From an uncultured virus (IMG/VR IMGVR_UViG_3300002835_000031) (lineage: Duplodnaviria > Heunggongvirae > Uroviricota > Caudoviricetes): a stretch of DNA of 64,000 nucleotides. Made by a program: the position numbers and the translations under genes. The notes under the pieces were generated by a model. It ran no database searches. It saw only the letters and a list, made by a program, of their open reading frames with translations, and was not told the origin of the DNA. How positions within the stretch are numbered: position 1 is the stretch's first letter; every line of letters begins with the position of its first letter. The stretch lies in the IMG/VR virus record IMGVR_UViG_3300002835_000031, one strand, 5' to 3'. Below are positions 1-7,903 of the stretch, one piece after another.

Positions 1-246
1 GTTTAACTGCTGGCGAATAAGTTCCTTTGTAGCCTTGCTGTTTATATCCGCAGCGTGCTGGTACGCAGTAAGTTCTTGCACATCTGACAGAATGCCAGCA
101 ACCACCATCTCTAAGCCCGTCATGCGACCGATGGCCATGTACTCCACTTTGATCTGGTCTGTGGTCATACCGTACATTGCGATCTCACGCTTGTATTTTT
201 CGTTGCTTGTAATCATCTCACCCATTGCTTTGTAATTGATAGTCAT
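1..246 (-). CDS. hypothetical early protein, 3' end runs off the window (MTINYKAMGEM...)
   Basis: Hand-translated open frame from ATG at 246 to the window edge; lies downstream of a sigma70 promoter cassette. Confidence 0.7.
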   Translation of the reverse strand, partial: MTINYKAMGEMITSNEKYKREIAMYGMTTDQIKVEYMAIGRMTGLEMVVAGILSDVQELTAYQHAADINSKATKELIRQQLN

Positions 247-248
247 GT

Positions 249-344
249 TCAAACCTTTGTCAAAATGTAGTAGAAAAACGGACCGAATGCAACTGCTACA
301 AACAGCGCTGCTTGGGATACTTCTATCGCTAGCTCTTTAATCAT
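249..344 (-). CDS. 31-aa hydrophobic peptide (MIKELAIEVSQAALFVAVAFGPFFYYILTKV)
   Basis: Hand-translated; AAGGA SD upstream; first ORF after promoter 369-397. Confidence 0.55.
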   Translation of the reverse strand: MIKELAIEVSQAALFVAVAFGPFFYYILTKV

Positions 345-368
345 CTGTGTTCCTTTGTTCATGCCTCA

Positions 369-397
369 ATTATAGCACGAAATGGCGATCCTGTCAA
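369..397 (-). promoter_or_regulatory. sigma70-type early promoter
   Basis: TTGACA-17bp-TATAAT with extended -10 TG. Confidence 0.85.
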
Positions 398-544
398 GCA
401 TTTTCTTAAAGACCATACGTAGGAATAGGGTATTTACCCCTACGGACGGCATCTTTTAGCATGTTTTTAGAAAAACGGCGTAAAAAAGCTAATGTTTTCA
501 TAGACTTATAACGCCGTTTTCTCACTTCTTAGCGCCAGCAAACA

Positions 545-805
545 TTAAAATACAGTGCCAGCATACTGTTCGTAGTCGTAAAATGCCACGAGTTTATTCT
601 CTTTGAAGAATACTGTGAGACCACCCAAATCATCTCGAGAATCCCACTTGCCAGCAACGAGTACTTCAAAGCGATGCTCGAGTTCGCGCTCATAGTCCCA
701 TTGTGCTCCAGACAAATGATCGTCAGTATCAATTTGATCAGACCAATCTACAGTGTATTCTGTAGTGTTGATCAGATTGGATTCAGCTTCAGTTAACATT
801 CTCAT
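545..805 (-). CDS. hypothetical acidic early protein
   Basis: 86-aa ORF, AAAGG SD, directly after promoter 838-866. Confidence 0.75.
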   Translation of the reverse strand: MRMLTEAESNLINTTEYTVDWSDQIDTDDHLSGAQWDYERELEHRFEVLVAGKWDSRDDLGGLTVFFKENKLVAFYDYEQYAGTVF

Positions 806-837
806 AGTATAGACCTTTCTGTGTTGCTACATAGAGT

Positions 838-866
838 ATTATAACACCGAATGGGATTCTTGTCAA
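838..866 (-). promoter_or_regulatory. sigma70-type early promoter
   Basis: TTGACA-17bp-TATAAT. Confidence 0.85.
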
Positions 867-1078
867 TAGCTTTTTGAGGGGAAACGGGCGGTTGGATCCG
901 CTCTGAGCTTCATGCCAGAGTTTGATTTGCCTTTGGCTGAAACCGGTTTTGGGTTCTTACGGCCTTTGAGTTCTTGAACGCTACCGCCCTGAGCTAGGAA
1001 CCTTGCGACTGCATCTTCTTGCATCTCGCGGGCGACTTCTTTCGGTACTGGTGCTAGTTCTCTTAGATCTTTATTCAT
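863..1078 (-). CDS. hypothetical basic protein (probable start MNKDL)
   Basis: ORF track 863..1093; ATG at 1078 overlaps the upstream stop (ATGA). Confidence 0.7.
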   Translation of the reverse strand: MNKDLRELAPVPKEVAREMQEDAVARFLAQGGSVQELKGRKNPKPVSAKGKSNSGMKLRADPTARFPSKSY

Positions 1079-1251
1079 GTTACTTTGTTCCATGCTTTTT
1101 TACTTTCGATTGCGAATACTGCATAAGCCTCAATGGTCTTTGCTGTCTGTGCCATGGGATTTGCTTTGACAAAAGCCACGAAGTCGAAAAACTCCATTCC
1201 CAAGAAATCTGCATCTGATTCCAAATGCTTGATTGCTGTTTCTATTTTCAT
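1075..1251 (-). CDS. 58-aa hypothetical protein (MKIETAIKHLESDADFLG...)
   Basis: Hand-translated; AAGGA SD; ATGA coupling to the next gene. Confidence 0.7.
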   Translation of the reverse strand: MKIETAIKHLESDADFLGMEFFDFVAFVKANPMAQTAKTIEAYAVFAIESKKAWNKVT

Positions 1252-1377
1252 ACTAGGTCCTTATATAGATTAACCGTTGCCCCATCTAAGTGCCCTAGTG
1301 CTCTGGGGCTTTACCGCTGTTCCTCAAGCGGGCTTAAATGCTCTTTACTTCAACAACCTTTTTCTTACTATGTGTCT

Positions 1378-1406
1378 ATTATAGCACATTTTGGATAACT
1401 TGTCAA
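1378..1406 (-). promoter_or_regulatory. sigma70-type early promoter (cassette copy)
   Basis: TTGACA-agttatccaaaatgtgc-TATAAT; inverted repeat AATACCCC/GGGGTATT just upstream. Confidence 0.9.
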
Positions 1407-1445
1407 GCAATACCCCAGATCTCTGAAGGGGTATTGATTTCTTAA

Positions 1446-1649
1446 TTAGACAAGATACTCAGCTTCTTTGGTGAATATAGATAATTGATAAACGACTTCG
1501 TCATAGGCGTCTGTAATATCCTCGTCTAGGTCATCCCAATTTTCTTTTATTGATTTTAGACCAGCAATTAAATCGGTTCCTAAACCTGATTCTTTTGTAT
1601 ATTTAGCAATGATATCAAATTCTGATAATGTACCGTATTGAATAGACAT
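1446..1649 (-). CDS. hypothetical protein
   Basis: 67-aa ORF with AAGGA SD. Confidence 0.7.
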   Translation of the reverse strand: MSIQYGTLSEFDIIAKYTKESGLGTDLIAGLKSIKENWDDLDEDITDAYDEVVYQLSIFTKEAEYLV

Positions 1650-1661
1650 AATGGTTCCTTA

Positions 1662-1850
1662 TTAAGAAAAATAATGAAGATGTGAGTAAGCTGTATTTTC
1701 AGCTGTTTCCAGAATTTCTAAGACTCCGAAAGCTAAAGGTCTTTCTGAAGCTTCAACATTTCCGATTGAGATTTGTTCGTCTAGAATCTGAAGCAGAAGA
1801 GCGATTTGTTGAGCATTTAGCTCGACTTTTACGGTAATTTCTTTTTGCAT
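1662..1850 (-). CDS. hypothetical protein (probable start MQKEI)
   Basis: AAGGA SD precedes the second Met of ORF 1662..1868. Confidence 0.7.
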   Translation of the reverse strand: MQKEITVKVELNAQQIALLLQILDEQISIGNVEASERPLAFGVLEILETAENTAYSHLHYFS

Positions 1851-1874
1851 TTTGTTTTCCTTTTTCATGCTTCA

Positions 1875-1903
1875 ATTATAGCACATTTTGGACAACTTGT
1901 CAA
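1875..1903 (-). promoter_or_regulatory. sigma70-type early promoter (cassette copy)
   Basis: TTGACA-agttgtccaaaatgtgc-TATAAT. Confidence 0.9.
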
Positions 1904-1941
1904 GCAATACAAAGTATCCAGGATGCTGAAAGGGTCTTTGC

Positions 1942-1970
1942 TTGACACCTCAATCAAAATGTGCTATAAT
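1942..1970 (+). promoter_or_regulatory. divergent sigma70 promoter with no downstream sense ORF
   Basis: TTGACA-cctcaatcaaaatgtgc-TATAAT. Confidence 0.8.
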
Positions 1971-2041
1971 AAAAGCATTCGAACAGTAGGGGGTGGACGG
2001 CGGAGCTGGCTATTATTAAAGTAATTATAGTCAAAAATAAT

Positions 2042-2057
2042 CGGCCACTATAGGCCG
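2042..2057. terminator. GC hairpin, probable (possibly bidirectional) terminator
   Basis: CGGCC-actata-GGCCG flanked by A/T-rich runs, just after the stop of 2068..2241. Confidence 0.5.
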
Positions 2058-2067
2058 TTATATTATA

Positions 2068-2241
2068 TTAGCAATTAGCAGTTTCTAATAAATCCACTGC
2101 TGACTGAATCGCGTATATAGCGTCATCATAATATATTGCATTATCTTCGCACGCTGAATTCATTTCCTCATTAATTTGCTCGATTATGTGATTCAATTTG
2201 CTGATAATGTCGTTTTTGGTATTTTCTTGTGTAACTGTCAT
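2068..2241 (-). CDS. 57-aa hypothetical protein (MTVTQENTKNDII...)
   Basis: Hand-translated; AAGGAG SD. Confidence 0.7.
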   Translation of the reverse strand: MTVTQENTKNDIISKLNHIIEQINEEMNSACEDNAIYYDDAIYAIQSAVDLLETANC

Positions 2242-2253
2242 TATATAAACTCC

Positions 2254-2481
2254 TTAAATGCACGCGAACATATAATCGGGTACTAAATCATTAGTTTCAA
2301 TATAACATAATGTATTATAAAAACTCTCTCTGACTACAGTATCATTATGTAAAATGCGCATATGCAACATCTGATAATCGCCTGTCTTAGTAAAACTATT
2401 AATAGCATATTCCATTTTACCATCTAAGTAACTATTATGATCTGATAATAGCAAACTAATAACATTCTCTTTATTTGTCAT
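2254..2481 (-). CDS. hypothetical protein
   Basis: 75-aa ORF with AAGGA SD. Confidence 0.7.
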   Translation of the reverse strand: MTNKENVISLLLSDHNSYLDGKMEYAINSFTKTGDYQMLHMRILHNDTVVRESFYNTLCYIETNDLVPDYMFACI

Positions 2482-2507
2482 TTTATATTTTCCTTTTTAT
2501 TATTTAA

Positions 2508-2705
2508 TTAAACATTATCGATTAAACCAGTTTCTGGATTAACGGGGGTCCAAACACATAATGGTTCATGTTGTTTATTAATTGCTTCGAGTAAATCTTC
2601 AATTATTTGTAATTTTTGCATACCACATGCATTATTAAACGCTTCAGTAAACATTATTGTAGTTTCATCTTTTTTGCTATTATAAGTAACTTTTAATACT
2701 TTCAT
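2508..2705 (-). CDS. hypothetical protein
   Basis: 65-aa ORF with AAGGA SD after promoter 2732-2760. Confidence 0.7.
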   Translation of the reverse strand: MKVLKVTYNSKKDETTIMFTEAFNNACGMQKLQIIEDLLEAINKQHEPLCVWTPVNPETGLIDNV

Positions 2706-2731
2706 TTATTTCCTTTTTTTGTTATATGCTT

Positions 2732-2760
2732 ATTATAGCACATTTTGGACAACTTGTCAA
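2732..2760 (-). promoter_or_regulatory. sigma70-type early promoter (cassette copy)
   Basis: TTGACA-agttgtccaaaatgtgc-TATAAT; ACCC-N11-GGGT upstream. Confidence 0.9.
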
Positions 2761-2799
2761 GCAAAAACCCTTTTTCCACAAGGGTCGTATGGTCTTCGG

Positions 2800-2828
2800 T
2801 TGACAGGCGATGCGTTTTGTGCTATAAT
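2800..2828 (+). promoter_or_regulatory. divergent sigma70 promoter firing into AT-rich non-coding DNA
   Basis: TTGACA-17bp-TATAAT with extended -10. Confidence 0.8.
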
Positions 2829-2879
2829 AAGGTTTGTCCGACTGCGTAGGTTGCGTTAAAAATCTGCAATCTCAGAACA

Positions 2880-3250
2880 GACATAATGCGATAATCAGTA
2901 AAAGGATTATCCGATAATCAGCGTAGATAATAGAGATAATCGGAGTTGTTGATTATGTTGATTATGTTCTAATAATAGATTTTAATAATGATTTAATTAA
3001 AACGATTATTATTAAGTATTATCTGATCGTATTCAATCATCTACAGCATTAAATAGCATTTATAAATAGGCTCGATTTATCGTCGATTTATTCTCTATTA
3101 TAGCATAGTTATACACAGGTTATCCCCCGATTTAGCCGCTCTATATAGAGTTCGTTATCGAGACGCAGTCGCTGGGTTTATCTTTTCGTATCTTAATGAG
3201 TCTATTGTACTATAAATACTATATCCCGAATGTATTAGATTAGGTTAATA
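2880..3250. other. candidate replication origin / AT-rich non-coding region
   Basis: Longest ORF-free stretch; GATAATC and GTTGATTAT repeats; DnaA-box-like TTATACACA (3109-3117). Confidence 0.35.
3211..3218 (+). promoter_or_regulatory. T4-type late promoter
   Basis: TATAAATA ~35 nt upstream of ORF 3252. Confidence 0.6.
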
Positions 3251-3251
3251 G

Positions 3252-3605
3252 ATGTATAATAACGATAATAACGATGATATTCAAGAGAAAATGTCCGGTC
3301 TACATAAAGCCGCGATTGCTTCCGCTCATCGTGGAACGCGTCAATCTCCTGAAACTAAAAAGAAAATATCAAAATCATTATCCGGGCAGAAATCAAATCA
3401 TTCTGGGAAGAAACACGATAATGACGCTAAGAATCGTATAAGTAATGCCCGTGGTCATTATGATCCGATTAAAGGTCGATCGTGGGTTGTTAACGCTGAT
3501 GACAAGACTTATCGCAAAGATCATGCTCCTCAGGGTTTTAAGAAACATAAACGCAAATTCAACGAAGATTATATGTCTTTTCGAGAGTTTATCGAGCGAG
3601 ATTAA
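3252..3605 (+). CDS. NUMOD3-like basic DNA-binding protein, no nuclease domain visible
   Basis: Repeats HRGTRQSPETKKKIS and HSGKKHDNDAKNRIS resemble the NUMOD3 motif. Confidence 0.6.
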   Translation: MYNNDNNDDIQEKMSGLHKAAIASAHRGTRQSPETKKKISKSLSGQKSNHSGKKHDNDAKNRISNARGHYDPIKGRSWVVNADDKTYRKDHAPQGFKKHKRKFNEDYMSFREFIERD

Positions 3606-3976
3606 TCTCGATTTCTCATAGAATCTATCATGCTATTATCACTTAATTGCTGAAGATCATGTGCATTATCTAATGTCGTTTCTAATGATTTCCATCTATA
3701 ATCTATTACGTGATTATTATCTAATGCTTTTACTGGTTCTGCAGTATATTCCGTATTAGTTTTATTCTTGCTCATTCTTATAACTTCTTTAATCGTTTCT
3801 ATATCAGATCTCTCGTTATAAGTACCAGTAAAATATCCTTCTATATTCCGCATTCCTTTTAGATCTCTTGTGGAGTTGACATATAGATAAATTACGTTAA
3901 TATCATCTTTATGCTTATCGAGAAATGCATAATATTCCCGCATATTACCCGCTACTACGAATTTTCTTTTAATCAT
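3602..3976 (-). CDS. hypothetical protein
   Basis: 124-aa ORF within the minus-strand early operon. Confidence 0.7.
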   Translation of the reverse strand: MIKRKFVVAGNMREYYAFLDKHKDDINVIYLYVNSTRDLKGMRNIEGYFTGTYNERSDIETIKEVIRMSKNKTNTEYTAEPVKALDNNHVIDYRWKSLETTLDNAHDLQQLSDNSMIDSMRNRD

Positions 3977-4049
3977 ATGGTGGACCTTTATCCGTGAGTA
4001 CGATTGCTATTACCAGAATCATTAATACAATAAACGCTAATTCTGGCAT

Positions 4050-4169
4050 TTAGTCTTTACCCAGGAGGATTGCCATAGAACATGCGATCAATGACAGAAT
4101 CAAATAGTAAACGTCGTTCGTGGATATTGCGTATGCTGAAAAGATTATAGCAATAACGTAGAATATCAT
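4050..4169 (-). CDS. 39-aa membrane peptide (MIFYVIAIIFSAYAIST...)
   Basis: Hand-translated; abuts its neighbours; a 26-aa hydrophobic ORF (3969..4049) follows. Confidence 0.45.
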   Translation of the reverse strand: MIFYVIAIIFSAYAISTNDVYYLILSLIACSMAILLGKD

Positions 4170-4170
4170 T

Positions 4171-4350
4171 TTAATCTATACCCAGATTGTGTTGCTTCTT
4201 ATAATAGTTGTTTTGACCAAGATCGTGACGAGTCAGTTCAATTACTTTATTCGCGAATTCTTGCAGAATAACATCAGTTGATTCCGAATGATCTAAAGGA
4301 TCTCGATCTAATATTGTGACATATTCGTCGATCAGATTATCAAGATTCAT
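4171..4350 (-). CDS. hypothetical protein (probable start MNLDNL)
   Basis: ORF track; GAGGA SD before internal Met. Confidence 0.6.
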   Translation of the reverse strand: MNLDNLIDEYVTILDRDPLDHSESTDVILQEFANKVIELTRHDLGQNNYYKKQHNLGID

Positions 4351-4510
4351 ATTCTTCCTCTTCCAGCATTGAGCAATAATCATTGTACATTACGTCGAGT
4401 CGAATTGGATCTAATTCTTTCAATGCATATCCAAAACTGTATTCAATGCCAGCTAGATTAACCGGCGGATATTCGTCGTTTAACATTTCTAAAAATTCGT
4501 ATTTGCTCAT
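4340..4510 (-). CDS. hypothetical protein
   Basis: ORF track 4340..4528, tightly packed operon; start uncertain. Confidence 0.65.
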   Translation of the reverse strand: MSKYEFLEMLNDEYPPVNLAGIEYSFGYALKELDPIRLDVMYNDYCSMLEEEEYES

Positions 4511-4511
4511 A

Positions 4512-4733
4512 TTATGGTCTGCTTTCATAAAATAGACATTCCCAAACTCGTTCGCGAACTACTGTATCTGTCGCTTCTTCGAAGCCTAAATCATTAGCCA
4601 ATTGCTCTAATAATCCCTTTACTTGTGACCAGGTCAGATTGGCTCTTTTAGCTAAATCAACAATGCGATATACTTCGTAATCACCTTTTTCGGTGAACAT
4701 TCCAAATTCTGGTACAACTATATTATTAACCAT
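4512..4733 (-). CDS. hypothetical protein
   Basis: 73-aa ORF, coupled to neighbours. Confidence 0.7.
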   Translation of the reverse strand: MVNNIVVPEFGMFTEKGDYEVYRIVDLAKRANLTWSQVKGLLEQLANDLGFEEATDTVVRERVWECLFYESRP

Positions 4734-5019
4734 AATGTTCCATTTCGTCTAAAAGATAAACACGTTTGACAAGCGAACTGATGCTTGATGCTGGGTGCCA
4801 GTAATGAGGCATATCTTCTACTGTTGCGTTATATATCTCAAATGCTGTTGGTCTTGTAATAACGGTGCCGTGTGCTCCGAATACGTGTGCCATAGAATCC
4901 CAGCGTACGTTCACTCTGTGAATAGCATCTTCTGGCTGATGCTCTCTGGAAATAAAATAAGTCTCAGAACCATCTTGCCAGGTCTCTTTAACTACGTAAT
5001 CTTTTCTATCGTCTCTCAT
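4726..5019 (-). CDS. hypothetical protein
   Basis: 97-aa ORF, coupled to neighbours. Confidence 0.7.
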   Translation of the reverse strand: MRDDRKDYVVKETWQDGSETYFISREHQPEDAIHRVNVRWDSMAHVFGAHGTVITRPTAFEIYNATVEDMPHYWHPASSISSLVKRVYLLDEMEHYG

Positions 5020-5020
5020 T

Positions 5021-5203
5021 TTAGCAATCCAATTCCAGCATTTCTATGTTAGTTGCGATATCAGTAAGCCCGTCGTCATGCGACTCACGAATTAGATTCT
5101 GTTCTGCATTTTGTGCAAATTCCAGTGTGCTATAAACGCCAGTGTTGTAAAATGCAAATTCGTTATCACCTAGACCCTGTGCTTGTAAAATGTATACTGT
5201 CAT
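5021..5203 (-). CDS. hypothetical protein (probable start MTVYIL)
   Basis: Same AAAAAGGAAAACAAA leader as 1662..1850. Confidence 0.7.
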   Translation of the reverse strand: MTVYILQAQGLGDNEFAFYNTGVYSTLEFAQNAEQNLIRESHDDGLTDIATNIEMLELDC

Positions 5204-5227
5204 TTTGTTTTCCTTTTTCATGTCTTA

Positions 5228-5256
5228 ATTATAGCACAATTTGGACAACCTGTCAA
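5228..5256 (-). promoter_or_regulatory. sigma70-type early promoter (cassette copy)
   Basis: TTGACA-ggttgtccaaattgtgc-TATAAT; AACCC-N11-GGGTT upstream. Confidence 0.9.
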
Positions 5257-5280
5257 GCAAAAACCCTTTGGAAACTAGGG

Positions 5281-5583
5281 TTACTGCGAGTTCAATGTTG
5301 GTGAGTACTCACCAATTAACTGGCGTTCTAAAGCGTGAGCTGGAGCTTTGCCTCTGACGATCGCAAGTTCTTGTGCAACAAACGCTGAGACCCCGTAGGA
5401 CCTGATAGCGTCGCATAGCGTCCAGGACTTGTGCTCAGTCAATGCCCGTCTAATGTGCTTTTGTACGCGGATTTTGAGGTCCTGCTTGCGAAAACCCTGA
5501 GTAATTCCGATGTAGAAATCTCCAGTTGCTACATTTTGTAGCATGTAAACGATATGACGTCTGTCTGATCTTTTCTTTCTCAT
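5281..5583 (-). CDS. small GIY-YIG family nuclease
   Basis: HIVYMLQN...FYIGIT...R..KH...E..LI....P.LN pattern. Confidence 0.8.
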   Translation of the reverse strand: MRKKRSDRRHIVYMLQNVATGDFYIGITQGFRKQDLKIRVQKHIRRALTEHKSWTLCDAIRSYGVSAFVAQELAIVRGKAPAHALERQLIGEYSPTLNSQ

Positions 5584-5589
5584 GCCCTA

Positions 5590-5618
5590 ATTATAGCACA
5601 TTTTGGCTAAAAGGACAA
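5590..5618 (-). promoter_or_regulatory. sigma70-type early promoter (cassette copy, variant -35)
   Basis: TTGTCC-ttttagccaaaatgtgc-TATAAT. Confidence 0.75.
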
Positions 5619-5645
5619 GCAATAACCCTTCAGACTTCTGGGGTA

Positions 5646-5674
5646 TTGACAAAACACTTAAAAGATGTTAAAAT
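5646..5674 (+). promoter_or_regulatory. divergent sigma70 promoter, antisense to gene 5678..5947
   Basis: TTGACA-17bp-TAAAAT. Confidence 0.7.
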
Positions 5675-5677
5675 GCA

Positions 5678-5947
5678 CTACTTGACACCAAAGTAATCCT
5701 TGATATCTTTGCGTGCATTAGCCAGCGCAGATACAACAACCGCCTGATCAAATGTCGTGAATGCAGATGATGTGCTGGCATTGGCAACGACACCTACCGC
5801 TTCATTAATCAAGTGATGCAAAAAGGCATCAAAGCATTTATTGTCAACTCCTTGCCAGTCCACATGTCCTGGCCCAGGTCCCCATGGCTCATCTTGCCAC
5901 ATAGGCATGTCTGCCTTTTCCATTATTCTTTTTATATTTTCATTCAT
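5678..5947 (-). CDS. hypothetical protein
   Basis: ORF track 5678..5959; ATGA coupling at 5944-5947. Confidence 0.7.
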   Translation of the reverse strand: MNENIKRIMEKADMPMWQDEPWGPGPGHVDWQGVDNKCFDAFLHHLINEAVGVVANASTSSAFTTFDQAVVVSALANARKDIKDYFGVK

Positions 5948-6255
5948 GCTGTTATCCATTTTTCTTGGTCTTTGAATATGATAGATTCTGCACCATCATA
6001 CTCATCTATTATAAATTCTGTACCGACTGGTACCCACACTACTGTGAGATCGCTAGCTCCGCCAAAATACTGATTGGGATACTTGGCCTCGCAATACAAT
6101 TCAATTGTATCAGGCCTTGTACCATCGCCAACCATTTGAACAATAGCTGGGTCAAATAGCAATTCTGGCACATCTCTATTCCAAGTAGACCAACCTGCAC
6201 CGAAACCCGGCGATACCAGTACAGCAACTCTGCCGTCTCTAATTACTTTTTCCAT
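5944..6255 (-). CDS. conserved phage hypothetical protein (VAVLVSPGFGAGWSTWN)
   Basis: 103-aa ORF; motif recalled from phage early regions. Confidence 0.8.
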   Translation of the reverse strand: MEKVIRDGRVAVLVSPGFGAGWSTWNRDVPELLFDPAIVQMVGDGTRPDTIELYCEAKYPNQYFGGASDLTVVWVPVGTEFIIDEYDGAESIIFKDQEKWITA

Positions 6256-6261
6256 ATCAAA

Positions 6262-6813
6262 TCACTCCTCGATATTATCTTTTTCATACTGATACATATT
6301 ATCGCTGATACCAAACTCGGCATCTAGCTCTTCGGGAATAGTGCGCTCGACATCTTCTGCTGACATTGTGCCGAGTTCATAGTAATCGTCTGAACCATTA
6401 GAATACATTCCAGCAAAGCACATACCGGACTCATAGTATTTTGCCTCAACCTGAAAACCCATACGTTCTAGCTTTTCATAAAACGGAACAGGTGGTGCCC
6501 ATGCTGTATCAAATACTGCCTCAAGCGTATCTGGGTATTCTTCATAGGTATCAACGCTATGGCATTCTGTATCCCATTTCGTTCCCCATTCATTTACGCA
6601 AAAATCATACCAGGATGCGTAACCAAACTTCTCGATGTTTGACTTTGTCAATTTTTCGTCTGTTTCTGACGATGCAATTGATTCGGATAATCCTTTCGGT
6701 ACTGGAACAAACTCATTAAAGAATGTACCATTTGTCAAAGCGTCGCGCGCTCGAATAATCATAGCGGGGTCTTCATGAGTGAGGCGAACTGTATTACTGC
6801 ACCAATTAGGCAT
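6262..6813 (-). CDS. DUF1281/YubB (Api92-like) ferredoxin-fold protein
   Basis: MPNWCSN start; WYDFCVNEWGTKWD and FDTAWAPP motifs. Confidence 0.8.
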   Translation of the reverse strand: MPNWCSNTVRLTHEDPAMIIRARDALTNGTFFNEFVPVPKGLSESIASSETDEKLTKSNIEKFGYASWYDFCVNEWGTKWDTECHSVDTYEEYPDTLEAVFDTAWAPPVPFYEKLERMGFQVEAKYYESGMCFAGMYSNGSDDYYELGTMSAEDVERTIPEELDAEFGISDNMYQYEKDNIEE

Positions 6814-6822
6814 ATCTATTCC

Positions 6823-7092
6823 TTAAATCAAATCAATTTGTACTTGCTTAGCAATCTGAGTAGTATTCATACTCTTTATGCTAACCATCGTTGGTAATTC
6901 TTTGTTTGCTCTTTCAGCAAAATAGCGATCGCTACTCAAACGCAACAACCCATCCCATGCTGCCTGCTTCAAGCTGTGATGAGCATATACATTGAATATA
7001 TTTCCGACCGTAGTATAGATTCCAAAGCCATCTATAATGACTCGGATCTTTTGTGAATTCTTTAAACCGTCAACCAATGTCTTTGTACGCAT
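6823..7092 (-). CDS. hypothetical protein
   Basis: 89-aa ORF with AAGGA SD. Confidence 0.7.
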   Translation of the reverse strand: MRTKTLVDGLKNSQKIRVIIDGFGIYTTVGNIFNVYAHHSLKQAAWDGLLRLSSDRYFAERANKELPTMVSIKSMNTTQIAKQVQIDLI

Positions 7093-7172
7093 TATAATTC
7101 CTTAGTCAATATAAAAAAGATGTATTGCTAGACCCAAACAAACACCAATACACATTCCTAATAAAATATTCA

Positions 7173-7487
7173 TTACCATGCCAACTCCTTGACGGGGAAA
7201 CGAATCTTGCCTTCGTAGTCAAGCTGTGACTGCTCGAACTCTGTCAAATAGTCGTCGCCGACAATGTTCCAGCTTAGGATATACTCACGATAGAACTCGT
7301 CGTCACTCTCAATCTTTGGACGTAAACAAAAGATTGCTTTGACAGCCTCTTCATCGCCACCTTTGAAGTTCTTAATAGCGTAATCGCTACCGCCTTTGGC
7401 TTTCCAGTATTGAGGACACTCGCCAGTACCATCCCAATCGTGAGCACCATAATTTTCGTATACTTGAGTTGATATAACTAATTTCAT
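7173..7487 (-). CDS. conserved phage hypothetical protein (TQVYENYGAHDWDG..CPQYWKAKGG)
   Basis: 104-aa ORF; SD; first gene after promoter 7512-7540. Confidence 0.8.
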   Translation of the reverse strand: MKLVISTQVYENYGAHDWDGTGECPQYWKAKGGSDYAIKNFKGGDEEAVKAIFCLRPKIESDDEFYREYILSWNIVGDDYLTEFEQSQLDYEGKIRFPVKELAW

Positions 7488-7511
7488 ATATTTCCTTCTT
7501 ACTATGCCTCA

Positions 7512-7540
7512 ATTATAGCACATTTTGGACAACCTGTCAA
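7512..7540 (-). promoter_or_regulatory. sigma70-type early promoter (cassette copy)
   Basis: TTGACA-ggttgtccaaaatgtgc-TATAAT. Confidence 0.9.
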
Positions 7541-7577
7541 GCATTCCCGAGCAATTTGTATGGGTACTATAAAACGC

Positions 7578-7606
7578 TTGACAGAACACTTGAACGATGT
7601 TATAAT
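7578..7606 (+). promoter_or_regulatory. divergent sigma70 promoter, antisense to gene 7616..7903
   Basis: TTGACA-gaacacttgaacgatgt-TATAAT. Confidence 0.8.
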
Positions 7607-7615
7607 GCAAACCGA

Positions 7616-7903
7616 TTATTCACCTCGATATATTACCAGAGTTTTAACATTAACTTTAACTCCAGTATATATTGGTTCATATATTTGCTGTTCACCATCC
7701 CATTGATCTTGGTCAAAATCATTATGAGTTTCTTTAATAGGTTTAAATGTTATCTGATTATTAGTATGATGTGATTTGACATATACTGTATTAGGAAAGA
7801 TAATCGAGCCAGCTATTTTCTCTGTAGAGATAGTTAATCGTTTGGCTTTAGGATGATAAACACAATCTTTAGTGTTTAATACTAATTCTCTATTATACGT
7901 CAT
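7616..7903 (-). CDS. hypothetical protein
   Basis: 95-aa ORF, coupled to the upstream gene. Confidence 0.7.
   Translation of the reverse strand: MTYNRELVLNTKDCVYHPKAKRLTISTEKIAGSIIFPNTVYVKSHHTNNQITFKPIKETHNDFDQDQWDGEQQIYEPIYTGVKVNVKTLVIYRGE

Noticed and set aside
3061..3068. TATAAATA as a late promoter
   Set aside because: Within a very AT-rich tract with no nearby start; the copy at 3211 explains ORF 3252 better.
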